Assembly (NCBI RefSeq): GCF_018350175.1
Contig: NC_058383.1
Span: 6,822,001-6,886,000, forward strand
Length of the DNA: 64,000 nt
Reading direction: 5' to 3'
Source: Felis catus
Taxonomy: Eukaryota
The translations under genes were made by a program, and so were the position numbers. Below the pieces are notes generated by a model that saw only the letters and a program-made list of their open reading frames with translations, was not told where the DNA came from and made no database searches. The stretch's first letter is position 1. The number at the start of each line of letters is the position of its first letter. Of this stretch, positions 25,411 to 38,345 are shown one piece after another.

Positions 25411-26734
25411 ATGTTCATTGGCTTTATCAACTTAAAGAATCATTGGTGGTATTGGTAAGAGCAGTTTCAGTGGCATGGTGGGGTGGGGGGAAGCGAGATT
25501 CCAGGGTGTTTTGAATTCTCCCTTGAGTTCTAACTCATAGATACTGCTACCCACTTTGAAGATCAAATAGGCATCTCAAACTTATCACAAAACCAACCGC
25601 TTGGTTTTCTCTCCACCATCCAAACCTCTCTGTCTCTCTCTCTTTTTTTTTTTTCTCATCTTAGTGGATAGACCTTGCATTCCCTCAGTTGCTCAGGTCA
25701 AAAAGCCTACAACACTCTCTCATACCCTGAATCCACACCGTCAGCAAATTCTGCTGGTTCTCCTTTCAACCCACACACAGTCTGGCAACTTAATATTACC
25801 TCCAGCATGTTCAGGTCTGAGCCACCATCTCTCTTGGACTACTTTAACAGCCTTCTGATTAATTTGCATGCTTCTATTCTTTCTTCTTGATAGTCTCTTC
25901 ACCATATAAGAACCAGACAATCTTTAAAAAATATAAATAAGATTATCTCACTTCTCTGTTCAGAACTTTCCAAAGGCTTCCCTTCTCAGAATAAAAGCCA
26001 AAGACCTTACTTAACTAACAGTTCTTCCTGGAGCACATTGACCAACATGCCAGGAATGCTCCCTCTTAGGGCCTATGCTTTTGTTCTCTTTGTCTGGAAC
26101 CCATTTTCTCAAGACCTTTTGCAACTTTATATCTCTTCTTCATGTGAGTTTCTGTTTTGAAAGACCTTTCCTAACTACCTGTGATATTTTTAAAATGTGT
26201 CTGCAAATTCTTTGTCATTCTTCCCATTAAGAGATAGAGTCTAATTCCTTTCCTCTTGAATATTGACTGACCTTAGTGACTCTTAACAAAATACGGAGGC
26301 AGTGAGGCTATGTTACTCCTCAGGGTAGGTCATGAAAAACAGTAGTTGGGATGCTGGCCTTGGAACAGAACCGTCATGCTGTGAAGAAGCCCATGTCATA
26401 CAGACATGCCACACTCCAGCAACAACAGCCCTAACTGTGGTCCTCACTGACAACCAGCATCAACCGTTCGATACATGAGTGGGGAATCCTTCAGGAGAAC
26501 TCCAGCCCAAGCTTGTTTGTATACAACTGCATGATGGACCCTGAGGGAGCATTGCTGAGATCAACCCAGTCACCCCCAGAAATATGAGAGAGAAAATAAA
26601 TGATTGCTGTTACTTTTTAAAGATTGCTTTAACTAACATTTATTGACTATCTATTAGTTATCACAGGTTATTTTATATACAAGAACTTATTTAACCTCTA
26701 TAGTAGCCCTGGTTAGATAGGCATTATATATTTT

Positions 26735-27552
26735 TTATTGTTTTATTATTTCTTTTAAGTAGGGTCCGTGCCCAATGTGGAGCTTGAACTCACCACCCTG
26801 AGATTAAGGGTCACATGCTCCACCAACTGAGCCAGCCAGGCACCCCAGTGATTGCTGTTATTTTCAGCCACTAAATTTGGGTGTTTTTTTTCTCAGCAAT
26901 GGACACTTGAAGCACAGACCCTACCACAATTATACTCCTTATCAGTTGCTAGTTCCTGACCTGAATATGTTTTTCTTTCTTTTTTTTTTTTTCAACGTTT
27001 ATTTTTGGGACAGAGAGAGACAGAGCATGAATGGGGGAGGGGCAGAGAGAGAGGGAGACACAGAATCGGAAACAGGCTCCAGGCTCTGAGCCATCAGCCC
27101 AGAGCCCGACGTGGGGCTCGAACTCCCGGACCGCGAGATCGTGACCTGGCTGAAGTCGGACGCTTAACCGACTGCGCCACCCAGGCGCCCCTGTTTTTCT
27201 TTTTCTTTATTGCACTTAGCACTTACAGCTTTCTGACATGTGCATATTTGGTTTTTTTTTTTTTTTTTTTTTTTTTTTCCTGTTCTCCTCCCATGCCCTG
27301 GAACATTAGCTGCATGAAGGTAGAAACTTTCTTTTGTTTGCTGATATATCAGTACCTATAATATTACCTGGTGCAGAATTGTCATTGGAGCTCAAATTGT
27401 ATTTGTTAAGTGGATGTAGCTATGGCCCTCTGGTGTGGAAAAGGCATCCACTGTGAACAGGAAGGTATCGGGGTGAAAGGGTTATATAGGACTTGGAAAA
27501 TGCTATAAAGGAGATATTTATTATTCTCATTCTTTTTTTTAAGTTTATTTTC

Positions 27553-27584
<32 letters not shown>

Positions 27585-27750
27585 CACAAGTTGGGGAGGG
27601 GCAGGGAGAGAAGGAGAGAAGGAATCCCAAGCAGGTTCTGCACTGTCAACATAGAGCCCCACCTGGGGCTTGAACTCACGAACTGTAAGATCAGGACCTG
27701 AGCTGAAATCAAAGTTGGATGCTTAGCCAACTGAGCCTTCTAGGCACCCC
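26735..27750 (-). mobile_element. Three SINECs (26735-26846; young 26975-27190; 27533-27750)
   Basis: Can-SINE structure. The last is inserted at the EEF1B2 retrocopy tail with TSD tattctcattc. Confidence 0.85.
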
Positions 27751-27761
27751 TATTCTCATTC

Positions 27762-28580
27762 TTTTTTTTTTTTTTTTTTTTTTGTCTTCAAGCTTTTATT
27801 TAAGGGCAATTATCTACAATGAACTTCAGATCTTATTAAAAGCAGCCATGTCCATGGACTGCACATAGTCCTCAAAAGCAGTGATCCACTCCTCCAGCAT
27901 ATCTGTTCCAACTTTATCATCTTCCACTACACACTGTATTTGAAGTTTTTTGATTCCATACTCCACTGGAACTAGTTTAGAAGAGCCCCAAACCAAGCCG
28001 TCTGCTTGAATGCTTCAGACGCACTCAGTTGCATATCTGTCTCATCGTCCCAAGGTTTCACGTCTAGTAAGATGGAAGACTTGGCAACAAGTGCAGGTTT
28101 TTTGGCTTTCTTTGACTCATATTGTGCAAGGCGTTCCTCTCTTAGCTGCTTTGCTTCTTCACTTTCTTCCTCCTCCTCAGAACCAAAGAGATCAATGTCA
28201 TCATCATCTTTACTATCTGTAGCTCCACTTCCTGTGATGCATTCCACATTAGCAGGGCCATACTTGCCCAAAGTTTTCTTCACTCCTGGAAGGCTGGTCT
28301 TTTCCTTTTCGTAAGAGTTGATGTGATTATACCAACATAGGACATGATACAAGTTGGCAGGTGGAGGGCCGGAGACTACTTCAAATACTGCCACGTCTGC
28401 TTGTGATGGCACATACTCCTCGATGTAGCTCTTGTCTGCCAGGTAGTTGTTGAGCACCTGGAGGCCAGTGGGGGTTTTCAGATCTCCAAAACCCATGGCG
28501 TGAGCTGATCCCAGAACGGGGCTGCAGTGGAGGAAAAGACGAGCGTGGGGAGTGAGCGCCTTGTGCTAAGAGGGAAAAGG
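27762..28580 (-). pseudogene. EEF1B2: EEF1B2 (eEF1-beta) processed pseudogene
   Basis: Intronless [28 protein letters not shown]...DDIDLFGS...[18 protein letters not shown], then a frameshifting deletion. The native C-terminus (...AAFNKI*, stop 27826-27828) continues in another frame. AATAAA at 27795-27800, poly(A) at 27762-27783, pyrimidine 5' end. Confidence 0.95.
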
Positions 28581-28699
28581 GTCTCATTATTCTTGAAGAT
28601 GCTTCCACTTTACTACTGGTGGTACTTAATAATGCTATTTAAAAAAATGTGGATACTAGAACTATTTTTTCCTTTCTTCTTGAATACCTTATTTATTAT

Positions 28700-29942
28700 T
28701 AATTTTAAAATATAATTTATTGTCAAGTTAGCTAACAGTGTTTACACTGTGCTCTTGGCTTCGGGAGTAGATTCCCATGATTCATCGCTTACATACAACA
28801 CGCAGTGCTTATCCCAACAAGTGCCCTCCTCAATGCCTATCACCCATTTTCTCCTTTCCCCCAGGCCCCCATCAACCCTCAGTTTGTTCTCTGTATTTGA
28901 GTCTCTTATGGTTTGCCTCCCTCTCTGTTTGAAACTATTTTTTCCCCTTCCCTTCCCCCATGGTCTTCTGTTAAGTTTCTCAAATTCCACATGTGAGTGA
29001 AAACATATGATATCTGTCTTTCTCTGACTGACTTGTTTCACTTAGCATAATACTCTCCAGTTCCATCCTTGTTGTTGCAAATGGCAAGATTTCATTCTTT
29101 CTCATTGCTAAGTAGTATTCCATTGTATATATAAACCATATCTTTATCCATTCATCAGTTGATGGACATTTGGGCTCTTTCCATAATTTGGCTATTGTTG
29201 ATAGTGCTGCTATAAATATTGGGGTACGTGTGCCCCTATGAATCAGCACTTTTGTCTCCTTTGGATAAATTCCTGGTAGTGCTATTGTTGGTCTTGGGGT
29301 AGTTCTATTTTTAGTTTTTGGGGAACCTCCACACTGTTTTCCAGCAACTGCACCAGTTTGCATTCCCACCAACAGCGCAAGAGGGTTCCTGTTTCTCCAC
29401 ATCTGCGCCAGCATCTGTTGTTTCCTGAGTTGTTAATTTTAGCCACTCTGACGGTGTGAGGTGGTATCTCAGTGTGGTTTTAATTTGTATTTCCCTGATG
29501 ACGAGTGATGTTGAGCATTTTTCATGTGTCAGTTGGCCATCTGGATGTCTTCTTTGGAAAAGTGTCTGTTCATGTCTTCTACCTATTTCTTCACTGTATT
29601 ATTTGTTTTTTGGGTGCTGAGTTTGGTAAGTTCTTTATAGATTTTGGATACTAACCCTTTATCCGATATGTCATTTGCAAATATCTTCTCCCATTCAGTC
29701 AGTTGCCTTTTAGTTTTGTTGATTGTTTCTGTTGCAGTGCAGAAGCTTTTTATCTTGATGATGTACCAATAGTTCATTTTTGCTTTTAATTCTCTTGCCT
29801 TTAGAGACATGTTGAGCAAGAAATTGCTGCGGCTGAGGTCAAAGAGGTTGTTGCCTGTTTTCTCCTCTAGGGTTTTGATGGTTTCCTGTCTAACATTTAG
29901 GTCTTTCATTCACCTTGAGTTTATTTTTGTGTATGGCATAAG
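28700..29942 (-). mobile_element. 5'-truncated carnivore L1 (ORF2 C-terminus + 3'UTR)
   Basis: [16 protein letters not shown]...; PIFIAALSTIAKLWKEPKCPSTDEW...SEKDRYHMFSL. Confidence 0.93.
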
Positions 29943-31060
29943 AATTTAACACTTTATTTTTTAAATAGAAATTAACAGTCTGATAAGTTCACAGAATTAG
30001 GTTTATGCTGTCAAGACTGTAAAGGTGGCTGGGCTTCTGAACTTTTTATAGTTGACCTCTGTGTAGGATGAGGAAGAGAACATCCTTTTCCACTTGCCCC
30101 TCAGCAAGCAGTCTCTGGGCCAGGAATAGAGCCAGTCTGCAAAGGTGTTTGCTATGAGAGAAGGGTTATCTCATCCTGTGCCCTTCCTTGGAAGAGAGGC
30201 CTCTGAGCCAGAGAGCCTTCTCACAGCCCACCAGTGAGCAAGGTCAGTTGAAGGTCTTTCATATTTATTCAGCACTGCCCCTCTTTTTTTTTTCTTGTTC
30301 ACTTTTTTTTTTTAACCTTGGATCCAAACCATTGTATTATTCACCATTGTAGCAAAACCATATTAAAGGAAGACCTCCCCTCCATGTTGACATCGGCTTT
30401 TCTTCACATTTTTATAGGTTTGAGGTGAGATTTTCTTGCTGTTATTGTGGTTTTATGGTCAGAGACCCAAGAAACCCTAAATCCTTTCCTGCCAAATCAT
30501 TACAACTCTTGAAGGTTCCCAAGGAAAGACTATGCTCAAAGGACAATAGCAAACTTTGAGCCAGAGTACCACTTTGTGGGTGTCTGAGTAACCTCAGTAA
30601 CCTCCATCGTGGACTCAGTGATCAAAAGTGAGCTGGAAAATAGTATGGGCCTACCTGCTTCCTACTCTTAGCCCCAAATCTGAATTGAGGATCGTGTGCT
30701 CGGGCATGGTGTGGAGAGAGAGAGAGGGGTGACTGGGCTTCAAGTGGGGATTCCAGGCAGACCACAAATAGAAGAGGACTAACCAAGGGCCAGGCTAGAA
30801 GGAGGGGACTTCATTCCTGGATGCTAACCCTCTAGGGTATACTGCCCTTTATAAAATATGCACCAGTGAACTCCTTAGGCTCTGACCTCCCAGACTGGTA
30901 GCTCTTTTACCTTGAAAGGGGAGAGGAAGATATAAAACATATTGGTTAAGACTAAATCATGGGGAGAAAGGATGTAAATTTTTTTTTCCCAGTGTTTGCC
31001 ACCATTGTCATGGTCATCATTAGCATCTATTAGCAGCATACTTTTATTGAGTCATTATTT

Positions 31061-31294
31061 AAAAAACTTTTTTAAATGTCTTATTTATTTTTAAGAGAGA
31101 GAGAGAGACCGAGCAGGAGCAGGTGAGTGGCAGAGCGAGAGAGGGACACAGAATCTGAAGCAGGCTCCAGGCTCTGAGCTGTCTGCACAGAGCCTGACGC
31201 GGGGCTTGAACTCATAGACTGCGAGATCATGACCTCAGCCGAAGTCAGACACTTAACCAACTAAGCCACCCAGGTGCCCCGAGTCATTATTTTA

Positions 31295-31325
<31 letters not shown>

Positions 31326-31529
31326 CAACATTTATTTATTTTTGGGACAGAGAGAGACAGAGCATGAACGGGGGAGGGGCAGAGAGAGAGGGAGACACAG
31401 AATCGGAAACAGGCTCCAGGCTCCGAGCCATCAGCCCAGAGCCTGACGCGGGGCTCGAACTCCCGGACCGCGAGATCGTGACCTGGCTGAATTCGGACGC
31501 TTAACCGACTGCGCCACCCAGGCGCCCCC
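31061..31529 (-). mobile_element. Two tandem SINECs inserted at one target
   Basis: gagtcattattt is present three times (31049, 31281, 31531). Confidence 0.9.
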
Positions 31530-32573
31530 GGAGTCATTATTTTAAACCAGGTACTTGATAAAGTCTTCTGAGGATGAGTTTCTTAAGATGAATAGGAACT
31601 TTTATAAAATTTAAAAATGACCCAACCATCCTGTTTGGAGTGGAGTTGTGGTGAACACGAATCATGCAAAGCCAGATATGAAAGGGTTGAACAGCATTAC
31701 AATTATATGGTGTTCCAGGAGACAGAAAATTCTCTCAGCTGGGGAGACTTGAGGTGGCTTCATGAAGGGTATGGTATTTTATCTGAGCCTGAAGGACACC
31801 TGGAAATTTGATAGAAATGGGCAAGTTGACTCTACTGGAACAGCAAAAGTAGAGACTAAAAAAGCACAGTGTGTTTGGTAGAATGGTGAATTTCAGATGG
31901 ACTGGAGTCAAATGGCCAGTAACTATGGGGCCAGGACCAGAAGTCAGTGGTTAGGACTTTCGGTGTAATGCTCTATCAAGTTCTACCATACCCCTTGCAG
32001 CCTGTCTAGGTGTTCAGCTGAGATATCACTGTAAGCATCCCTAATGCGAGTATACAGAGCTATGGAACCCTACCCAGCAGCATCCAAGGCCAAGAGTGGG
32101 ATGGCTTTGAGGACAATCAAGTCTGTCCCCAGAGCTAGATTCAACCCAGAATGTGGGGATGATGGTTGAGGAAGTGGGGGTACAGCAGAAGAGTACATGC
32201 ATGAAGGTTAAGGATTTGAGGAACAGAGGGTGCATGGGAGCTCTGAGAGGGCATCCCTTTGGCACAGGCTATCAGCACAGGCCACAGATTCTTTTTTCAC
32301 ATGGACTTCTCTGGAAGGTCTGCAGACAAAGCTAATTTGCATCTGTTTATGTGGTTCTGTCTTTAGGGGAGAGGTTATGCCCCTCACCATGTTTGGGCAG
32401 TTTGAGCAAAGCCCAAGAAGGAACTTGCAAATTACTTATGGAGAAATGAGAGAACTTCCTGGCCATGGTGACCCAGGACAATTAAGTCTATGTTTCTCTA
32501 GCCCTCTATATGTGGAGCCCGTCTCTAATTCATCCCCTTCCCAGCACAAAGGCCGTAAGAGGGGTCTTTGCTG

Positions 32574-33518
32574 TCACAGCCCACAGGATAAAGCCTTTAT
32601 ACTGAACAGTTTTCTTGTGGCTCCCTTCATGTCCTTGTTTCTCAGGCAGTAAATGAAGGGGTTCAGCATGGGTGTGACCACCATATACATCACTGAAGCC
32701 AGTGAATCCTTGTCAGTTGAATGGGATGATGAGGGACTCAAGTAGACCCCCGTGATAGTCCCATAGAAGAGGGTGACTACAGCAAGATGAGAACCACAGG
32801 TAGAAAAGGCCTTTTGTTTGCCCTGGGTAGATGGGACCTTAAGCACAGCAGACACAATGTGGGTGTAGGACACAAGAATGGCGAGGAAAGGAATGAGGAC
32901 AATCAAACCCCCCACCAGCAGAATCATGAGCTGGTTGAGCTGTGTATTGGAACAGGATAGCTGGAGCAGGGGAATGAGGTCACAAAAGAAGTAAGGGATG
33001 ACGTTGCTGGCACAGAACTCCAGCCGAGCCATGAGGATAGTGTGTAGCAGGGAGTGGAGGCTGGCGATGAGCCAGGAGCTCCCCAGCATCAGGGCACAGA
33101 TTTGCAGACTCATCATGGTGGAATAGTGAAGGGGGTGGCAGATGGCCACATAACGGTCATAAGCCATTGCCATCAGGAGAAAGTTGTCCATGTTGGCAAG
33201 CAAAATGCAGAAGTAGATCTGGGTTAGGCAGCCACAATAAGAAATGGACTGAGTCTGCATCTGGATGTTCACAAGCATCTTAGGGACTGTGGAGGAGATG
33301 AAGCAGAAATCCACAAGGGAAAGGTTGCTGAGGAAGAAGTATATGGGTGTGTGGAGGTGGGAGTCTGAACCAATGGCCAGGATGGTGAGCAAGTTCCCTG
33401 CTGCCCCGACCAGGTACATGACAAGGAAGAGCCCAAAGATCAGATCTTGCCTTTCGGGCTGGCTGGAGAGCCCTAGGAGGATGAACTCAGAGGCACTCGT
33501 GTAGTTTTCTTCCTCCAT
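32574..33518 (-). CDS. Intact class II olfactory receptor, OR1 family-like (314 aa)
   Basis: Single-exon ORF from the Kozak ATG (gcaaccATGG, 33518). N-glycosylation site NYT; motifs LHTPIYFFLSNLS, MAYDRYVAICHPLHY, KAFSTCGSHL, PMLNPFIY.LRN. PKMLVNIQ..SISY.GCLTQ is OR1-like. The ORF-track GTG start at 33554 lies upstream of a likely acceptor (cagcag, 33531-33536). Confidence 0.93.
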   Translation of the reverse strand: MEEENYTSASEFILLGLSSQPERQDLIFGLFLVMYLVGAAGNLLTILAIGSDSHLHTPIYFFLSNLSLVDFCFISSTVPKMLVNIQMQTQSISYCGCLTQIYFCILLANMDNFLLMAMAYDRYVAICHPLHYSTMMSLQICALMLGSSWLIASLHSLLHTILMARLEFCASNVIPYFFCDLIPLLQLSCSNTQLNQLMILLVGGLIVLIPFLAILVSYTHIVSAVLKVPSTQGKQKAFSTCGSHLAVVTLFYGTITGVYLSPSSSHSTDKDSLASVMYMVVTPMLNPFIYCLRNKDMKGATRKLFSIKALSCGL

Positions 33519-33920
33519 GGTTGCCTGGTCCTGCTGGGAGATAAGATCAGGCACAGGCTATATGGAGCGGGGGGTGGCACCTGTGCCTCCCTTTTTTCCT
33601 CATATAACTCCTCAGCTCACATCTGGCCAACTCACATCTCTGTTCATTTGGTACAAACTCCAAAGAAAGCTCTCCACCTACCATAGGAAAAGCTTCAACC
33701 AGGGAGTCTTATGGTCCCAACAGATCCCAAAGTCAGGGTTTTAATTATTCACTAGCAAAATGCTGCTAATCTGGAACGGTGCAAAGCCCCATCTGCCATC
33801 CCTCAAAAGAGAATCCTTGTGACATATGGCTAGGTACTCAGTGGTGCCCCCCAAATTTCTGTCATACTCATTTTTTGATCTGAGCAACTGATGTTACCTC
33901 ACTATTAAATAAATAACCAT

Positions 33921-34446
33921 AGGGGTTCTTTGGGTTCTTTGGGTGGCTCAGTCGGTTAAGCATCTGACTTCAGCTCAGGTCATGATCACGTAGTTCGTGG
34001 GTTCGAGCCACACGTCGGGCTCTGTGCTGACAGCTCAGATCCTGGGACTTCAGCTCAGGTCATGATCACGTAGTTCGTGGGTTCGAGCCACACGTCGGGC
34101 TCTGTGCTGACAGCTCAGATCCTGGGGCCTGCTTCAGATTTTCTGTCTCCCTCTCTCTATGCCCCTCCCCTACTCCTGCTCTGTCTCTCAAAAATAAACA
34201 TTTATTATTTTTTTAAATTAAATTTTATTTTTTTAGTGTTTATTTCTGAGACAGAGACAGAGCATGAATGGGGGAGGAAGAGAGAGAGAGGGAGACACAG
34301 AATCTGAAGCAGGCTCCCGGCTCTGAGCTGTCAGCACAGACCCCGACGCGGGGCTCGAACTTCCAGACTGTGAGATCATGACCTGAGCCGAAGTCGGTCA
34401 CTCAACCGACTGAGTCACCCAGGTGCCCCTCAAAAATAAACATTTA
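33921..34446. mobile_element. + SINEC with an internal 80-bp duplication and a - SINEC inserted in its tail
   Basis: Exact repeat 33966-34045 / 34046-34125; TSD tcaaaaataaacattta around the second SINE. Confidence 0.9.
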
Positions 34447-35799
34447 AAAATTAAAAAAAAAAGAACTATGAAAACACAGTTTCTTCTTGTTCCCAATAAG
34501 GTTGCCACCTGAAGGCCCTTCCTCTACAGAATTCTGGAACCACAATGGCGCATATATAGAACCAGAGGGTATTATTTGTACATACCTTCCTTCCCCTCAA
34601 ACACTTTGTCTTCCTTTGTTCCTCCAGTCAAGTATAGCCTGGGGCTTAGGGTGCCCTGGCTGATTTGTCACCGGCTCTGGGTCACCTTGGTCCTGGTGAT
34701 GATGTGGATGGAGTACATCAGGACAAACCTGGACAAAAGAGCCTGCTGACTGGGACAGCTCAGCCAGCCCTTTTGCCTGGGCTTATCCAGGAAGGGACTT
34801 GCTCTGGTGAGTGAGAGTTGCCCCTGCGGATAACAAAGAGAAACTTCTACAAGTGTGACATTGCCCAAAGGAATAAAGTTGACGGAAAGGAAACAGAAGG
34901 ACCCCACTAAACAGTGTGAGCTCAGTTGAAGTTTCATTAGATATAATATTAATTATTTCCCACTGCTTCACAAGATATAGTTGGGATTTACGGTCCTATG
35001 AGAACGTAAATCACAAAAAGGGAGAGAGGATACTTGAGTCGGTGTCTTGACTGGGGATGGGGGAAGAGCTGATGAGGGAAATCAGTCTGGAAAAGCTTGG
35101 GGGTAGTGTTGTGGTCCACTGGGGGAACTGGGTAGGGAGTGACAGGGGGAAGCTGTCTTGGGAGGTTGCCTTCATCCATGCCTCCACTTTGCTGAGGCAG
35201 AGCCTGCTAGGGGCAAAGGAACTTACCAGTGCAGCTGAGGAGGGTAAAGGAGGGATGGAGATTTTGGTCTGCTGCAGATCTCAGTTGAGTTCTTGGCCTG
35301 TGTTGAGAGAGCTGTTCCTTAGTGTGGAAGCTAAATGTCCTCCTTCAATTTCACTGCTTTGATTTTCTCCAAAAGACCAAAAAAGCACTACCAGGTGAAC
35401 TTAGACTTGGGGCATTTGGGTCAGGGCTTCCTGGAATGGCCAGCACTGGGGCAGGAGAAGAGGTATGTTGAGCAGCTTGGTGGGGCAGGGGCATGGTGGG
35501 GAGAATCATCTGTACTGGGTGTACTGAGAGAAATCTCCTCTGAGACTGGGACCAGCAGTGTGTGTAGTGGCAAAAGCTCTATCCCTTCCTTGTGTAATAC
35601 TCCTTTCAAACCATAGTGGCACCATCCTATTTTCCTTCCAAGCCTCCACTTCCCCAGAGATGTGGGAGAAAAAAAAAATTCTTGTTACAACTTCCCACTT
35701 GTTAGGAAGGTACTCTTCCCAAGTGCTCCTATTTGAAGAAAACTGAAGTTAAGAGAGTCTAACTTAAAATGAAAAGGGTTTTTCTCCTAGCTTCTGAAT

Positions 35800-37144
35800 C
35801 ATTCCTGTCAGCATGCAGACATCACCCAGTTTTAAAAATCCACTCTTGACCCACATTCCCTCCATCCTTGGGGCTATCAGGTTACCTTTCTACTCCCCCT
35901 TTCCACAAAAGTCCTCAAACTGTGGCCAGGATACATTCCCCATTCCCTTCTTCCCATTCACTCATGAAGCCCCCTTCTCAGGCTTCCCCACAATCCACAA
36001 AACATCCTTGGTCAAGGCCACCATTGCCACATCGCACGTTGGTTCTCAGGCTCCATCTTACTAAACGAAAAAGCCATAGTTGGCATGGTTGGTCACTCCC
36101 ACCGTCTGGAAATATGCTCTCCACTGGGTTTCAAAGCACAGTTTTGAAACTCCTGCCTCACTGGTTTCTTGCTTAATGTCCTTCTCATCCTTCTGACCTG
36201 CACCAATTGGGATGTGCCATTGACTCCTCAAGCCCCATCTCTTCTCTGTACACTCATGCCTGAAGTGGTCTCAGTAGTCCCAAAGCTTCAAATGCCATCC
36301 AAATTTCTATTTCCAGTTTGGGATTTTCCCCCTTGAACTTCAAACCTAGGTATGTCTAACTGCCTACTCCTCATGTCCATTTAGGTGTCCAATAGGCATC
36401 TCAGATTGTCCAAAACCGTGCCGTTGATCTTCCCTTCTTCCAGCCCGCTGCCACCTCGTTCATCCTCATCTTACTATTTTAATTGCTCAAGCCAAAACCT
36501 CAGCACCACCTCTCACTCCTCTTTTGTTTTACTGTCCTTATCCAGTGTGTTGGCAAATTCTGTCATCTCTAACTTTGAAATATATCCAATGGTATTTTTT
36601 CTCTCTGTTCCCTGCTACTTTCATAGCCCAAACAATCATTATGTCCATCCAGATTATTAAAAATAGTTTCTTAGCTGGGTTCTGTTTCTATCCTTACCCT
36701 ACCCTCGACATTGTTTCTACAAGGCAACCAGAGGGAAAATTAAGAAATATGAGTCAGATTGTTATTTCTCTGTTCAAAATCCTCCAATGGCTCCCCATCT
36801 CACTTGGTACAAAACCCACAGTCGTTGCCAAATCCTCAGGGCTATGCATGACCCAGACCTTTGCCCTTCCCCTGATCTCACCTCCTTCTGTTGCCCCCTC
36901 ACTTTCCATAGGCTGGCCATCAGGGCCTTCTCACCCAACCTGAACATGTCAAACATGTCCCTACCTCAGGGCCCTTGTACTTGTTATACAACTGCCTGGA
37001 ATTCTCTTCCTTCAGTCCTTTACTTCATTCCAATTTCTGCTCAAATGTGATCTCTGCTCAGGGTTCCCGCAACCACCTATCTAAAATAGTGCCCCTTTCT
37101 GTCTTCCCCCTTGTTTTGCTTTGTTTTTATTCTCAGCATCATTT

Positions 37145-37175
<31 letters not shown>

Positions 37176-37335
37176 CTATCTATCTATCTATCATCCATCT
37201 ATCATTCTGTTTCTCTAGTGTATAAGCCAATGAGGGCAGGAACTTTATTTTTATGTATTATTGTATCCCCAGTTTCTAGAACCATGCCTGGACTAAAGGA
37301 GACACTCAGTTGTTTTTATGTAGTTGTTGAATGAA
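35800..37335. mobile_element. Ancient L2 fragment
   Basis: L2-like phrases (gtccaataggcatctcaga; aaaatcctccaatggctcccc; gagggcaggaac..gtatccccag). Confidence 0.6.
37148..37203. repeat. (TG)n + (TCTA)n microsatellite
   Basis: Seen directly in the sequence. Confidence 0.9.
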
Positions 37336-38345
37336 GGGATAACTGTTCTTAATGTTCCCCTTTGTGACCATATGTCCTTGAGATTGGGTGAGACCTTAAA
37401 TATAGTCCTCCTTCACCTGATATCAACCTCCTATCTCTCAGACGTCACTCATATTAACTTATCACCTGTATTGTTTCCTTAATACTGTTATTTAACTCAC
37501 TAATTTTGTTAAGTGGAATTCATTTATTAAAAATGAAAATTTGCACTCCATGATACAGAAGAAAACAATATCACTTGCTGAATTTTAGCTAGATGCTATT
37601 ACCTGTAGAGAGTTCTGAGTCTGAAACCTACCTTTTCTTGGTTAAAAAAGGAGAATGTAAAGTCCTAGGGAGGAGTTAAAGAAATGGAACTTGAGTATTT
37701 CTCAGAGAGGTAGTCTGAAGGGTTGAGGGAGAACTCAAAAAGGAATCAATTTCTCACCATGTGATTTGATACTATTTGTCTCCATCTTTGTAAGCCACTG
37801 AATGCCAAACCCTCAGACCCCTGTAGATACAGGCTCCACACTGCAGGACACACTGCCCTGCATACCTAGACTCATACATCTATTCACTTAGGTCACTCAT
37901 CCATACATACCTAGACTCATGCATCTATTCACTGAGGTCTGGTCCTTGGGCAGCCAGCACACAGAATGGCTTGAATCTCTCTCTGGTGACCACAGAAGCT
38001 CTGAGGTTTGTGTTGGCTTCAATACCAGACCTGTTTTGTGAGAGCCCAAGGGTTGGAGAAAGTGCTTGTCTTTGACTTTGGAGTCCTCATGTTTAATTTT
38101 ATCCAGTGATTGAACCATAGTGAACTTTGCTTAAATAATTTAGAAGGGGAAACAAGTTAAAATACAGATAATAAAACTAAAAACAAATGATGCAGAAAAA
38201 GAATTTAAGCAGAAGTCTTTTAATTGATTCTTTGAAAAAGAATTGATAAAAAAAGAATTGATAAACAATGTCAATTTTGACAAACAAATGAGAATGAAAA
38301 TTAGAATGAAGCCATGTTAATGGCTAGTGCAAAAGATTTACATTT

